From an uncultured Candidatus Binatia bacterium (lineage in GTDB: Bacteria; Desulfobacterota; Binatia; UBA9968; JAJDTQ01): 64,000 nucleotides of DNA. Within the stretch, counting starts at the first letter, position 1, and every line of letters starts with the position of its first letter. The notes under the pieces are model-generated. The model saw nothing but the letters and a program-made list of their open reading frames with translations, was not told the DNA's origin and did no database searches. Of this stretch, positions 28,945 to 37,229 are shown one piece after another. Location of the stretch: assembly GCA_964291295.2 (NCBI GenBank), contig OZ219754.1, positions 896,001-960,000 on the forward strand, given 5' to 3'. A program made the position numbers and the translations under genes.

Positions 28945-31658
28945 TGGCCCGCCACGTCTACTCCTTCGGAGCGGGCAAGGCCATGGGCGGGGCCTCCATG
29001 CGCGAGTTCCTGGGAGGCAAGGGCGCCGGCCTGCACGAAATGACCCGCATGGGCGTTCCGGTGCCGCCGGGCTTCACCCTCTCCACCGCCGTCTGCGCTC
29101 ATTTCTACGAAAACGGGGGAGGTTACCCCGAGGGGCTGCGGCAGGAGGTCGCCCGCGCCATGACGCGGGTGGAGAAGATCATGGGCCGGCGCTTCGGCGA
29201 CGGCGACGACCCGTTGCTGGTGTCGGTGCGGTCGGGCGCCCGGGAGTCCATGCCCGGGATGATGGACACGGTGCTGAACCTCGGGCTCAACGACCGGACC
29301 GCGGCGGGTCTGATCCGGCGCACCGGCAACCCGCGGTTCGTCTACGACTCCTATCGCCGTTTCGTGCAGATGTACGGCGACGTGGTGCTGGGCATGAAGC
29401 CCGACAAGGCCGCCCCGCACGACGCGTTCGAAGCCCTGCTGGAGCGCCGGAAGCGCGCCCGGGGGGTTACCGCCGACACCGGCCTCGCGGCCGCGGACCT
29501 GCGCGATCTGGTGGTCCGGTTCAAGGAGGAGGTGAGGCGGCAGCGCGGCGTGCCGTTTCCCGAAGACCCGCTGGAACAGCTCTGGGGCGCCATCGGCGCG
29601 GTATTGGGATCGTGGCACAACGACCGCGCCGCGGCCTACCGGGAGATGTACGATATCCCCGACAGTTGGGGGACGGCGGTCAATGTTCAGGCCATGGTGT
29701 TCGGCAACATGGGCGAGAGTTCCGGCACCGGCGTCGCCTTCACCCGCGATCCGGCGTCCGGGGAGCGGCGGTTCTACGGCGAGTTTCTGATGAACGCCCA
29801 AGGCGAGGATGTGGTGGCGGGTATCCGCACGCCGCAGCCCATCCGCGCACTGGCCAAGGTCCAGCGCCCCGCATACCGCGAGTTGCAGCGCATTGCCGGC
29901 GTCCTGGAAGAGCGCTACCGGGACATGCAGGACCTCGAATTCACCATCGAGGAGGGCAGGCTCTGGTTGCTGCAGACACGGACGGGCAAGCGCACCGGCT
30001 TTGCTGCGGTGCGCATCGCCGTGGACATGGCCAATGCCGGCGTCATCCCCAGGGAAGAGGCGTTGCGGCGCATCGAGCCGGACCATCTGAGCCAGGTGCT
30101 GCGCCCGGTCTTCGACCAGACGGCAAGGGAGACGGCGCAGGCCAGGGGCCGGGTGCTGGCGCGGGGCCTGCCAGCGGGTCCGGGCGCGGCGGCAGGACGG
30201 ATCGTGTTCCACGCCGCCGACGCGGAAGAACGGTGCAACCGGGGGGACAAGGTCATCCTCTGCCGGGTGGAGACCAGCCCGGAAGACATCCGCGGCATCG
30301 AGGCGGCCGAGGGCATTCTCACGGCCCGGGGCGGCATGACCTCGCACGCGGCGCTGGTGGCGCGGCAGCTCGGCACGGTATGCGTGGTGGGCTGTGACGC
30401 CCTGACCATCGACTACCGTGCCGGCGAGGCCCGGATGGGCGGTACAACGCTCAAGGAAGGAGACTGGCTCTCCCTGGACGGCAGCACCGGGGAAGTGATC
30501 CGGGGCCAGCTCCGGACCCACCCTTCGGACGTCCAGCGGGTGTTGCTGGACCGCGAGGCCGCCGCCTCGCCCACCTCACGGCGCTTCGCCAGGCTCATGC
30601 GCTGGGTGGACGGGAACCGCCGGCTCGGGGTCAAGGCCAACGCCGATCTGCCGGAGCAGGCGCGCATCGCCCGGAACTTCGGCGCCGAGGGCATCGGCCT
30701 GTGCCGTACCGAGCACATGTTCTTCGAGGCGCAGCGCATCCACACGGTCCGTGAGATGATCCTGGCCGACGACGAGGAGGGGCGGCGTGCGGCCCTCGAC
30801 AAGCTGCTGCCCATGCAGAAGGGCGACTTCAAGGCGATCCTGGGCATCATGGACAGGCTGCCCGTCACCATCCGCCTGCTGGACCCGCCCCTGCACGAGT
30901 TTCTGCCCCAGACCGGCGCCGACATCGCCGCCCTCGCCAAGGTGTTGTCCATCCGTCCCGGCAAGGTGCGCGAGAAGGTGGAAGCGCTCAGGGAGTTCAA
31001 TCCCATGCTCGGCCACCGGGGCTGCCGGCTGGCCATCTCCTTCCCGGAGATCACCGAGATGCAGACCCGGGCCATCTTCCAGGCAGCCTGCGAGCTGCGC
31101 AAGGAGCGCAGGGATCCGCGCCCCGAGGTGATGATTCCGCTGGTGGGCAGCCTGGAGGAGTTCCGCGCCCAGCGGGAGATCGTGGAACGGGTCGCCCTGG
31201 ACACCATGAAAGGGTACGGCGTCAAGGTGCGTTACGCCGTGGGCACCATGATTGAACTGCCCCGGGCCTGTCTGGTAGCCGATCAGATCGCCCGGGAAGC
31301 GCAATTTTTCTCCTTCGGCACCAACGACCTGACCCAGACCTGCCTGGGCCTTTCCCGGGACGACGCCGGCAGGTTCCTGCCCCGCTACGTGGCCCAGGGG
31401 CTGCTGCCCGAGGATCCGTTCGTGACCATCGACGAGCCCGGGGTGGGCGCGTTGATGGCGCTGGGGGTCGAGAAGGGTCGAAGCTCCCGCCAGGATCTTG
31501 ACGTGGGCATATGCGGCGAACACGGAGGCGACCCCAGGTCGGTGGCCTTCTGCCACGATCTGGGCCTCGACTACGTCAGTTGCTCCCCTTACCGCGTGCC
31601 CATCGCCAAGCTGGCCGCGGCCCAGGCCGCACTCCGGGCAAAGGGCAACGGCCGGTAG
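28944..31658 (+). CDS. ppdK: Pyruvate phosphate dikinase
   Basis: LGGKGA, GGMTSHAA phospho-His, FSFGTNDLTQ, GICGEHGGDP. Confidence 0.97.
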   Translation: MARHVYSFGAGKAMGGASMREFLGGKGAGLHEMTRMGVPVPPGFTLSTAVCAHFYENGGGYPEGLRQEVARAMTRVEKIMGRRFGDGDDPLLVSVRSGARESMPGMMDTVLNLGLNDRTAAGLIRRTGNPRFVYDSYRRFVQMYGDVVLGMKPDKAAPHDAFEALLERRKRARGVTADTGLAAADLRDLVVRFKEEVRRQRGVPFPEDPLEQLWGAIGAVLGSWHNDRAAAYREMYDIPDSWGTAVNVQAMVFGNMGESSGTGVAFTRDPASGERRFYGEFLMNAQGEDVVAGIRTPQPIRALAKVQRPAYRELQRIAGVLEERYRDMQDLEFTIEEGRLWLLQTRTGKRTGFAAVRIAVDMANAGVIPREEALRRIEPDHLSQVLRPVFDQTARETAQARGRVLARGLPAGPGAAAGRIVFHAADAEERCNRGDKVILCRVETSPEDIRGIEAAEGILTARGGMTSHAALVARQLGTVCVVGCDALTIDYRAGEARMGGTTLKEGDWLSLDGSTGEVIRGQLRTHPSDVQRVLLDREAAASPTSRRFARLMRWVDGNRRLGVKANADLPEQARIARNFGAEGIGLCRTEHMFFEAQRIHTVREMILADDEEGRRAALDKLLPMQKGDFKAILGIMDRLPVTIRLLDPPLHEFLPQTGADIAALAKVLSIRPGKVREKVEALREFNPMLGHRGCRLAISFPEITEMQTRAIFQAACELRKERRDPRPEVMIPLVGSLEEFRAQREIVERVALDTMKGYGVKVRYAVGTMIELPRACLVADQIAREAQFFSFGTNDLTQTCLGLSRDDAGRFLPRYVAQGLLPEDPFVTIDEPGVGALMALGVEKGRSSRQDLDVGICGEHGGDPRSVAFCHDLGLDYVSCSPYRVPIAKLAAAQAALRAKGNGR

Positions 31659-31823
31659 TCCGGCCGGGTTCCGCGGACTCCTCCGACTCCTTCTACAGTT
31701 TTCGGCCGGCCGGCCGATTCATCACTCATGGGAACGCGCGGTTCCGCCAGTCCCGCGAAGGCGGGAACGGCGGAGCCGGAGTGGAATGCGAAGCGGCGCG
31801 ACAGGTTCGCGCGGGGGTTCGTC

Positions 31824-33512
31824 ATGGAGCTGTCGCTTGGCGAGTTGATGGTGGGGGCCGGTCTGATCACCCGCGAGGAGCGGGGCCGGGCCGAGGCGGT
31901 TCAACGGCGCACCGGCGTCAACCTGGTGGCGGCGCTGGTCCGGGACGGCGTCGCGGACGAAGGCCGGCTCATGGCGTTCATCGCCCGGCGGTTCGGTCTG
32001 GAAGAGCGGGAGCTGGGGCCGGCGGACGTGGATGAAGGAGCCTTCGACCTGCTGCCGGCACCGCTGCTGCGGAAGCGCGGCGTGCTCCCCTTCGACGCCG
32101 CCGGCCCGATGGTGAGCGTGGCGGTGAGCGACCCCACGGACCGGACCGCGCTGGACGAGATCCGGTTCATGACCGGCCGCGACGTGAAGACCGCGCTGGT
32201 GCGCCCATCGGCCATACGGCACATCCTGGAACAGGGCCCCGGCGGCCACGCGGCGGAGTCGGGCCCGGACCACCGGGCCGCCGCACCGCCCCCGGCGCGG
32301 GCGGAACCGGCGGGAGACACATCGGTGGTGGCGCTGGTGGACTCGCTGATGCGGGATGCGGTGGCGCGCCGCGCCAGCGACATCCACGTCGAGCCCTACG
32401 AAGAGAGCGTCCGGGTCCGCTTCCGCATCGACGGCATCCTGCAGGAGGTCATGACGCCGCCGCACGCCATGAAGCTGGCCCTGACCTCCCGCATCAAGGT
32501 GATGGCCGGGCTCGACATCGCGGAGCATCGGCTGCCTCAGGACGGCCGCCTCAAGCTGGCGGCCGCCGGCGGCGACGTGGACGTGCGGGTCTCCGTACTG
32601 CCGACGCGTTTCGGAGAGAAGGTGGTGCTGCGGCTGCTGCACCGGTCCGACCTGGTGACCAGCCTCGACCGGCTGGGCCTGGAAGCCCGGGACCGGCAAC
32701 GCTTCGACGAGGCCATGAGCAAGCCGGCGGGCATGATCCTGCTCACGGGTCCCACCGGCAGCGGCAAGTCCACCACCCTGTACGGCATGCTGTCGGAGTT
32801 GAACCGGCCGGGGGTGAACATCTCGACCGCGGAGGATCCGGTGGAATACCATCTCGCCGGTGTCAACCAGGTCCAGACCCACGGCGAGATCGGCCTCACG
32901 TTCGCCGCCTGTCTGCGGGCGTTCCTGCGCCAGGATCCCGACATTCTCATGGTGGGCGAGGTCCGCGACGCCGAGACCGCCCGCATCGCCATCAACGCCG
33001 CGCTGACCGGGCATCTGGTTCTGACCACGCTCCATACCAACGACGCTCCGTCCACGGTCCACCGCCTGCTCGACATGGGCGTGGAGCCCTATCTCATCGC
33101 TTCGGCCATCGTCATGGTGGCGGCCCAGCGGCTGCTGCGCCGGGTGTGCGACGCCTGCAAGGAGCGCTCCGCATGGCACTCCGGAATGCGCCAGAGGGTG
33201 GAGGAGGTGCGCGACATCGAGGACTGGCGCGGTGCCGGGTGCCTCGAATGCCACCACACGGGCTACAGTGGCCGGGTGGCCATCTACGAGGTCATGCCGC
33301 TGACCGACGATCTCCGCAGGGCGATCCTGCGCGGCGACTCCGTCACCGAGATCAAGGCCGCGGCCGTCGAGAAGGGCATGCGCACCCTGCGCCAGGCCGC
33401 GGTCCGGAAAGTCCGGCAGGGGGTCACCACCATCGAGGAGGCGCTGCGGGTGACGGAGCCGGACCCCGAGGAGGCGCGGGCGGCGCTCCTGTCGGACCTG
33501 CGCGCCGGGTGA
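31824..33512 (+). CDS. pilB: Type IV pilus assembly ATPase (PilB/GspE family)
   Basis: ASDIHVEP, GPTGSGKST, RQDPDILMVGEVRD, TGHLVLTTLH, CxxC pairs; start 31824 or 31728. Confidence 0.9.
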   Translation: MELSLGELMVGAGLITREERGRAEAVQRRTGVNLVAALVRDGVADEGRLMAFIARRFGLEERELGPADVDEGAFDLLPAPLLRKRGVLPFDAAGPMVSVAVSDPTDRTALDEIRFMTGRDVKTALVRPSAIRHILEQGPGGHAAESGPDHRAAAPPPARAEPAGDTSVVALVDSLMRDAVARRASDIHVEPYEESVRVRFRIDGILQEVMTPPHAMKLALTSRIKVMAGLDIAEHRLPQDGRLKLAAAGGDVDVRVSVLPTRFGEKVVLRLLHRSDLVTSLDRLGLEARDRQRFDEAMSKPAGMILLTGPTGSGKSTTLYGMLSELNRPGVNISTAEDPVEYHLAGVNQVQTHGEIGLTFAACLRAFLRQDPDILMVGEVRDAETARIAINAALTGHLVLTTLHTNDAPSTVHRLLDMGVEPYLIASAIVMVAAQRLLRRVCDACKERSAWHSGMRQRVEEVRDIEDWRGAGCLECHHTGYSGRVAIYEVMPLTDDLRRAILRGDSVTEIKAAAVEKGMRTLRQAAVRKVRQGVTTIEEALRVTEPDPEEARAALLSDLRAG

Positions 33513-33516
33513 TTGC

Positions 33517-34737
33517 GTGGCGCTCTACCGGTGGCGGGGCCGAAACCGCCAGGGCAGGCTCCTGACAGGTGAACTGGAGGCGGTGGACCGCGCCGCGGTG
33601 ACGGCCGAGTTGCGCCGGCGCGGGATCCTGCCGCTGGCCTCCGGCATATGGGAAAAGGGCGAGGGGCTGCGGCGGGAGATCGTCCTGCCGGGACTCGCGC
33701 CCAGGGTGCGCGCCGACGACATCGTCGTGCTGACGCGGAACTTCGGCGTCATGATCGAAGCCGGCGTGCCCGTGGTGGACTGTCTGCGGGTGCTGGCCGA
33801 ACAGACCGGGAACGGGGTGGTGAAAGAGGCGCTGGGGGCGGTGCGGCGGGATGTTTCCAACGGCATGACCTTGACCGACGCCATGTCGCGGCACCCCAGG
33901 CTGTTCGACACCGTGTTCGTGCGCATGGTGGCCGCCGGCGAGCACGGCGGCGTCCTGCCGGAGATCCTCGCCCGTCTGGCGCTTTTCATCGAGCGGTCCA
34001 CGCGGCTCAAGCGCAAGGTCAGGACCGCCATGCTCTACCCCGCCACCGTCACCGCGGTGGCCGTGGTGGTGGTGGCGGTTCTTCTCTTCTACGTGATTCC
34101 GGTCTTCGCGGACGTCTACCGGAGCATGGGGCAGGTTCTTCCCCCCTTGACGGAACTCACCATCGCCCTGAGCCGCTGGTCCTACGAACATGCCCTGTCC
34201 ATCCTTGTCGGCCTGCTGGCCGTTCCCGCGGCGATTCACGCGGCCGGCCGCACGGAGAGGGGCCGCCGGGGGCTCCACCGGTGGCTCCTGAGGCTGCCGC
34301 TCCTCGGCGACCTGCTGTGCAAGTCGGCCATCGCCCGTTTCAGCCATAACACCGGCCTGCTGCTCCAGTCCGGCGTGGTGCTGCTGGACAGCCTGACCGT
34401 CACGGCCGGGACCACCGGCAACAAGGTCCTGGAGCAGGCCATCCTGGAGGCCCGGGACGGTTTGGAGAAGGGCCGGACGCTGTCGGAGCTGCTGGCGGCC
34501 ACCGGCCTGTTCCCGGCGCTGGTCTGTCACATGGTCGCGGTGGGAGAAAGCGTCGGCACGCTCGACGCGATGCTCAACCGGGTGGCGGCCTATTACGAGG
34601 AAGAGGTGGACCGGGCGGTGGTGCGGCTGACCGCGCTGATGGAGCCGGCGTTGATGATCGTTCTGGGAGTGGTGCTTGGCGGCATCGTCATCTCCATGTA
34701 CCTGCCGATCTTCCAGATCGGCGGCATGGTGCCATGA
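33517..34737 (+). CDS. pilC: Type IV pilus platform protein (PilC/GspF family)
   Basis: MVAAGEHGG.LPEIL, AMLYPA, MVAVGESVGTLDAML, ALMEP, SMYLPIF. Confidence 0.92.
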   Translation: MALYRWRGRNRQGRLLTGELEAVDRAAVTAELRRRGILPLASGIWEKGEGLRREIVLPGLAPRVRADDIVVLTRNFGVMIEAGVPVVDCLRVLAEQTGNGVVKEALGAVRRDVSNGMTLTDAMSRHPRLFDTVFVRMVAAGEHGGVLPEILARLALFIERSTRLKRKVRTAMLYPATVTAVAVVVVAVLLFYVIPVFADVYRSMGQVLPPLTELTIALSRWSYEHALSILVGLLAVPAAIHAAGRTERGRRGLHRWLLRLPLLGDLLCKSAIARFSHNTGLLLQSGVVLLDSLTVTAGTTGNKVLEQAILEARDGLEKGRTLSELLAATGLFPALVCHMVAVGESVGTLDAMLNRVAAYYEEEVDRAVVRLTALMEPALMIVLGVVLGGIVISMYLPIFQIGGMVP

Positions 34738-35315
34738 GGGTTGTTCGTATGGATGCGGATGGTTGCGCAGAGAATGTCGGGGCAGGCCCCGCCGGAGCGT
34801 GCCGGGCGAAAACGCGGCGGCACGATGCCAAGCACGATGCCGGACACGACGCCGGGCACGATGCCAGGAACGATACCGGGCACGGCATCAGGAACGAGAC
34901 CGGGAACGAGACGCGGCGGCACGAAGGCCGGAGTCCCGCCAGGGGCGCCGGGTTTACCCTGATCGAACTGCTGGTGGTGGTCACCGTCATCGGGATTCTC
35001 GCTGCGGTGGCGATTCCGCAGTTCGGCGGCTACCGGCGCCGGGGCTTCGACGCCGACGCCCAGGCCAATGTCAGGAACATGGCCCTGGCTCAGGAGGTCT
35101 ACCATATGGAAAACAACACCTATACGTCCAATGTCGCGGATCTGGCCACCTTCGGCTACACGCGGAGCGCCAACATCACCGCGGCTGTCACCAGCGCCGA
35201 TGATTCGACGTTCACGGCCACCGCCACGGTAACCGAAGGCTGCGCCGACAACACCGGAGTCGCCACCTACGATCGGGCCACGGGCCGGGTCACGCTGGTG
35301 AAATGCACGCCGTGA
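34734..35315 (+). CDS. Type IV pilin-like protein with long repeat-containing leader
   Basis: G/FTLIELLVVVTVIGILAAVAIPQF prepilin motif at residues 73-74; C-terminal Cys pair. Confidence 0.85.
   Translation: MRVVRMDADGCAENVGAGPAGACRAKTRRHDAKHDAGHDAGHDARNDTGHGIRNETGNETRRHEGRSPARGAGFTLIELLVVVTVIGILAAVAIPQFGGYRRRGFDADAQANVRNMALAQEVYHMENNTYTSNVADLATFGYTRSANITAAVTSADDSTFTATATVTEGCADNTGVATYDRATGRVTLVKCTP
34821..34916 (+). repeat. Degenerate 12-bp tandem repeat x8 in pilin leader
   Basis: HDAK HDAG HDAG HDAR NDTG HGIR NETG NETR. Confidence 0.8.
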
Positions 35316-35339
35316 CCGTGGGACCGTCGGCTCGAAAAC

Positions 35340-35437
35340 ATGGAACGAAGGCGATGGAACGAAGGCGATGGAACGAAGGCGATGGAACGAAGGCGATGGA
35401 ACGAAGGCGATGGAACAAAGTCGATGGGACGAAGGCG
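35340..35437. repeat. 14-bp tandem repeat ATGGAACGAAGGCG x7 (5 perfect, 2 degenerate)
   Basis: Direct reading; no spacers. Confidence 0.95.
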
Positions 35438-35491
35438 CCGGGACCAACGCGAATGGGACGAACGCACGCACGGTGGACCTGCCGCCGGCGC

Positions 35492-35734
35492 CTACTGCGG
35501 GTCGGGCCGCGATTCGGCTGCCGGGGCCGGGGTGGGGAGGGGCTCCTTGTCTTCCTTGATGAAGTCGAAGAGCAGGCGCGGGACGGCGTTGCAGCTTGTG
35601 CAGCGGGGCGTTTTCGGCTGCGTGCCGTCCGGGTAGATCATGTTCTTGAGATAGAACGGCTTCTCGGTGCCCACGTAACCGTCGTAATAGAACGCGATCT
35701 TGCCGCACTCGCTGCATTGGAGGTACTTTGCCAT
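35492..35734 (-). CDS. Small zinc-ribbon protein
   Basis: 80 aa, CSEC...CTSC, plausible codon usage. Confidence 0.65.
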   Translation of the reverse strand: MAKYLQCSECGKIAFYYDGYVGTEKPFYLKNMIYPDGTQPKTPRCTSCNAVPRLLFDFIKEDKEPLPTPAPAAESRPDPQ

Positions 35735-35812
35735 TTCGGGTCTTTCCGCGTTTACGGGGTTCTGTTCCGAGGCTCCTGTTCCGAGGCCCTTGCGCCGAAG
35801 TCACCCGTCGCC

Positions 35813-36889
35813 CTATGCCTCGAAGGTTGCCGTGACCTCCTGGTGGCCATCACCCTCTGTATAGCGCTCCTCCCGGTAGAGGCCAAGAGCCTTCATCACC
35901 GGGGTGTCGTGTATGGCGAACAGGATGGATTCGCCGCCGGTTTCATTGGCGTGCTCGTGCCACGCCCACGGAGGCACCACGAAGAAGTCTCCCGGCTCCC
36001 AGTCGAACCGCTGGCCGTTGATGACCGACCAACCCTTGCCGGCAAAGGCCAGATAGACCGAGCTCTGCACCTGCCGGTGGGCTTGCGTGCGGACGCCGGG
36101 CCGCACCATCTGGATGGTGCAACTCATGGTGGGCAGCACCGGCCCCCCGGTGCTCGGATTCAGGTACTCGAAGCAGACATCGTCATGGGGGCTTGCCGGT
36201 CCCTCGCCGGCGCGTTGAAGCGCCTCGCGGGTCGGTTCCCATTTGAAGTTCAACAGCGGGGAGCGCGGCTCCGGCGGTTTCTCCCAAGTGGGGCGGAGGT
36301 GCGCGCCGCCGAACGTCCGCTCCGACTCGTTGACGGCGGTGACGGGAAAGCGGTGGTCGGGGTACATCTCGAAAAAGGTCGCGTCCAGGTCCCCCACCAG
36401 CGGCACATCGAGTCCATCCATCCAGATCATGGGTTCGTCGGACTCGCAGCCGTGGTCGTGCCAGTCCCAGTTCGGTGTCAGCACGAGGTCGCCCCGGCTC
36501 ATCACGCACTTGTCGCCGTTCAGGTTGGTGTAGGTGCGGTCCCCTTCGATGATGAAGCGGATGGCCGAGGGGGAGTGGCGGTGACACGGCGCGACCTCTC
36601 CCGGCTTGACGATCTGAACCGCGGCCCACAGAGTTCGCGTGGCCGCGTACTTCCCGCCCAGGCCCGGGTTCACCAGCCCCAGGACGCGGCGCTCGCCGCC
36701 CCGCTCGATGGGCACGAGGTCCCCGGCTTCGCGCGCCAGCCGGCGGAGGTCCGCCCAGCGCCACAGATGCGCCTTCACCGGCGACCGCGGTTCCGCAGGC
36801 AGCAGGCTTTGCGTGATGTTCCACAGCGGCACCAAGTGCCTGCGCTCGACTTCCCGGTAAAATGCCTCGGCCGCCGTGTTCGTGCTCAT
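35813..36889 (-). CDS. Gentisate 1,2-dioxygenase-family cupin
   Basis: GERRVLGLVNPGL, APCHRHSPSAIRF, LVLTPNWDWHDH, WMDGLDVPL, VPPWAWHEH; ATG36889 inferred. Confidence 0.9.
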   Translation of the reverse strand: MSTNTAAEAFYREVERRHLVPLWNITQSLLPAEPRSPVKAHLWRWADLRRLAREAGDLVPIERGGERRVLGLVNPGLGGKYAATRTLWAAVQIVKPGEVAPCHRHSPSAIRFIIEGDRTYTNLNGDKCVMSRGDLVLTPNWDWHDHGCESDEPMIWMDGLDVPLVGDLDATFFEMYPDHRFPVTAVNESERTFGGAHLRPTWEKPPEPRSPLLNFKWEPTREALQRAGEGPASPHDDVCFEYLNPSTGGPVLPTMSCTIQMVRPGVRTQAHRQVQSSVYLAFAGKGWSVINGQRFDWEPGDFFVVPPWAWHEHANETGGESILFAIHDTPVMKALGLYREERYTEGDGHQEVTATFEA

Positions 36890-37229
36890 GGGCACCACAC
36901 TATCACAGAGGGGGCGGGAGTGGCATTCCCGCAGGCCACGCCCGGGGAGTGCATCTCCGGGTCCCGCCCGCTTGCCGGTGACGGCGCATCCATGAGTTCG
37001 CGTCCCGGCGAGAGCCGGTTTGATGTGGTTCGACAGGATCGATCCGAATCGGTAGAATGGTGTGCATGTTGATGGGTCAACGGGGTGGCGGCGCGCGCCA
37101 GCCGGCGATGCGGACGGCGCATACGAATCTTTCGCGAAGTGAGGGCCATCTGTTTGAAGGCCGGCTGTTCTGTCAGCGATCGAACCGCGTGCTCGACGGC
37201 ACCGGTCCCGGCGGGTTTGTCGAGGAGCC

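Noticed and set aside
35340-35437. Possible CRISPR array
   Set aside because: 14-bp units are directly abutting with no spacers, and no cas genes are present.
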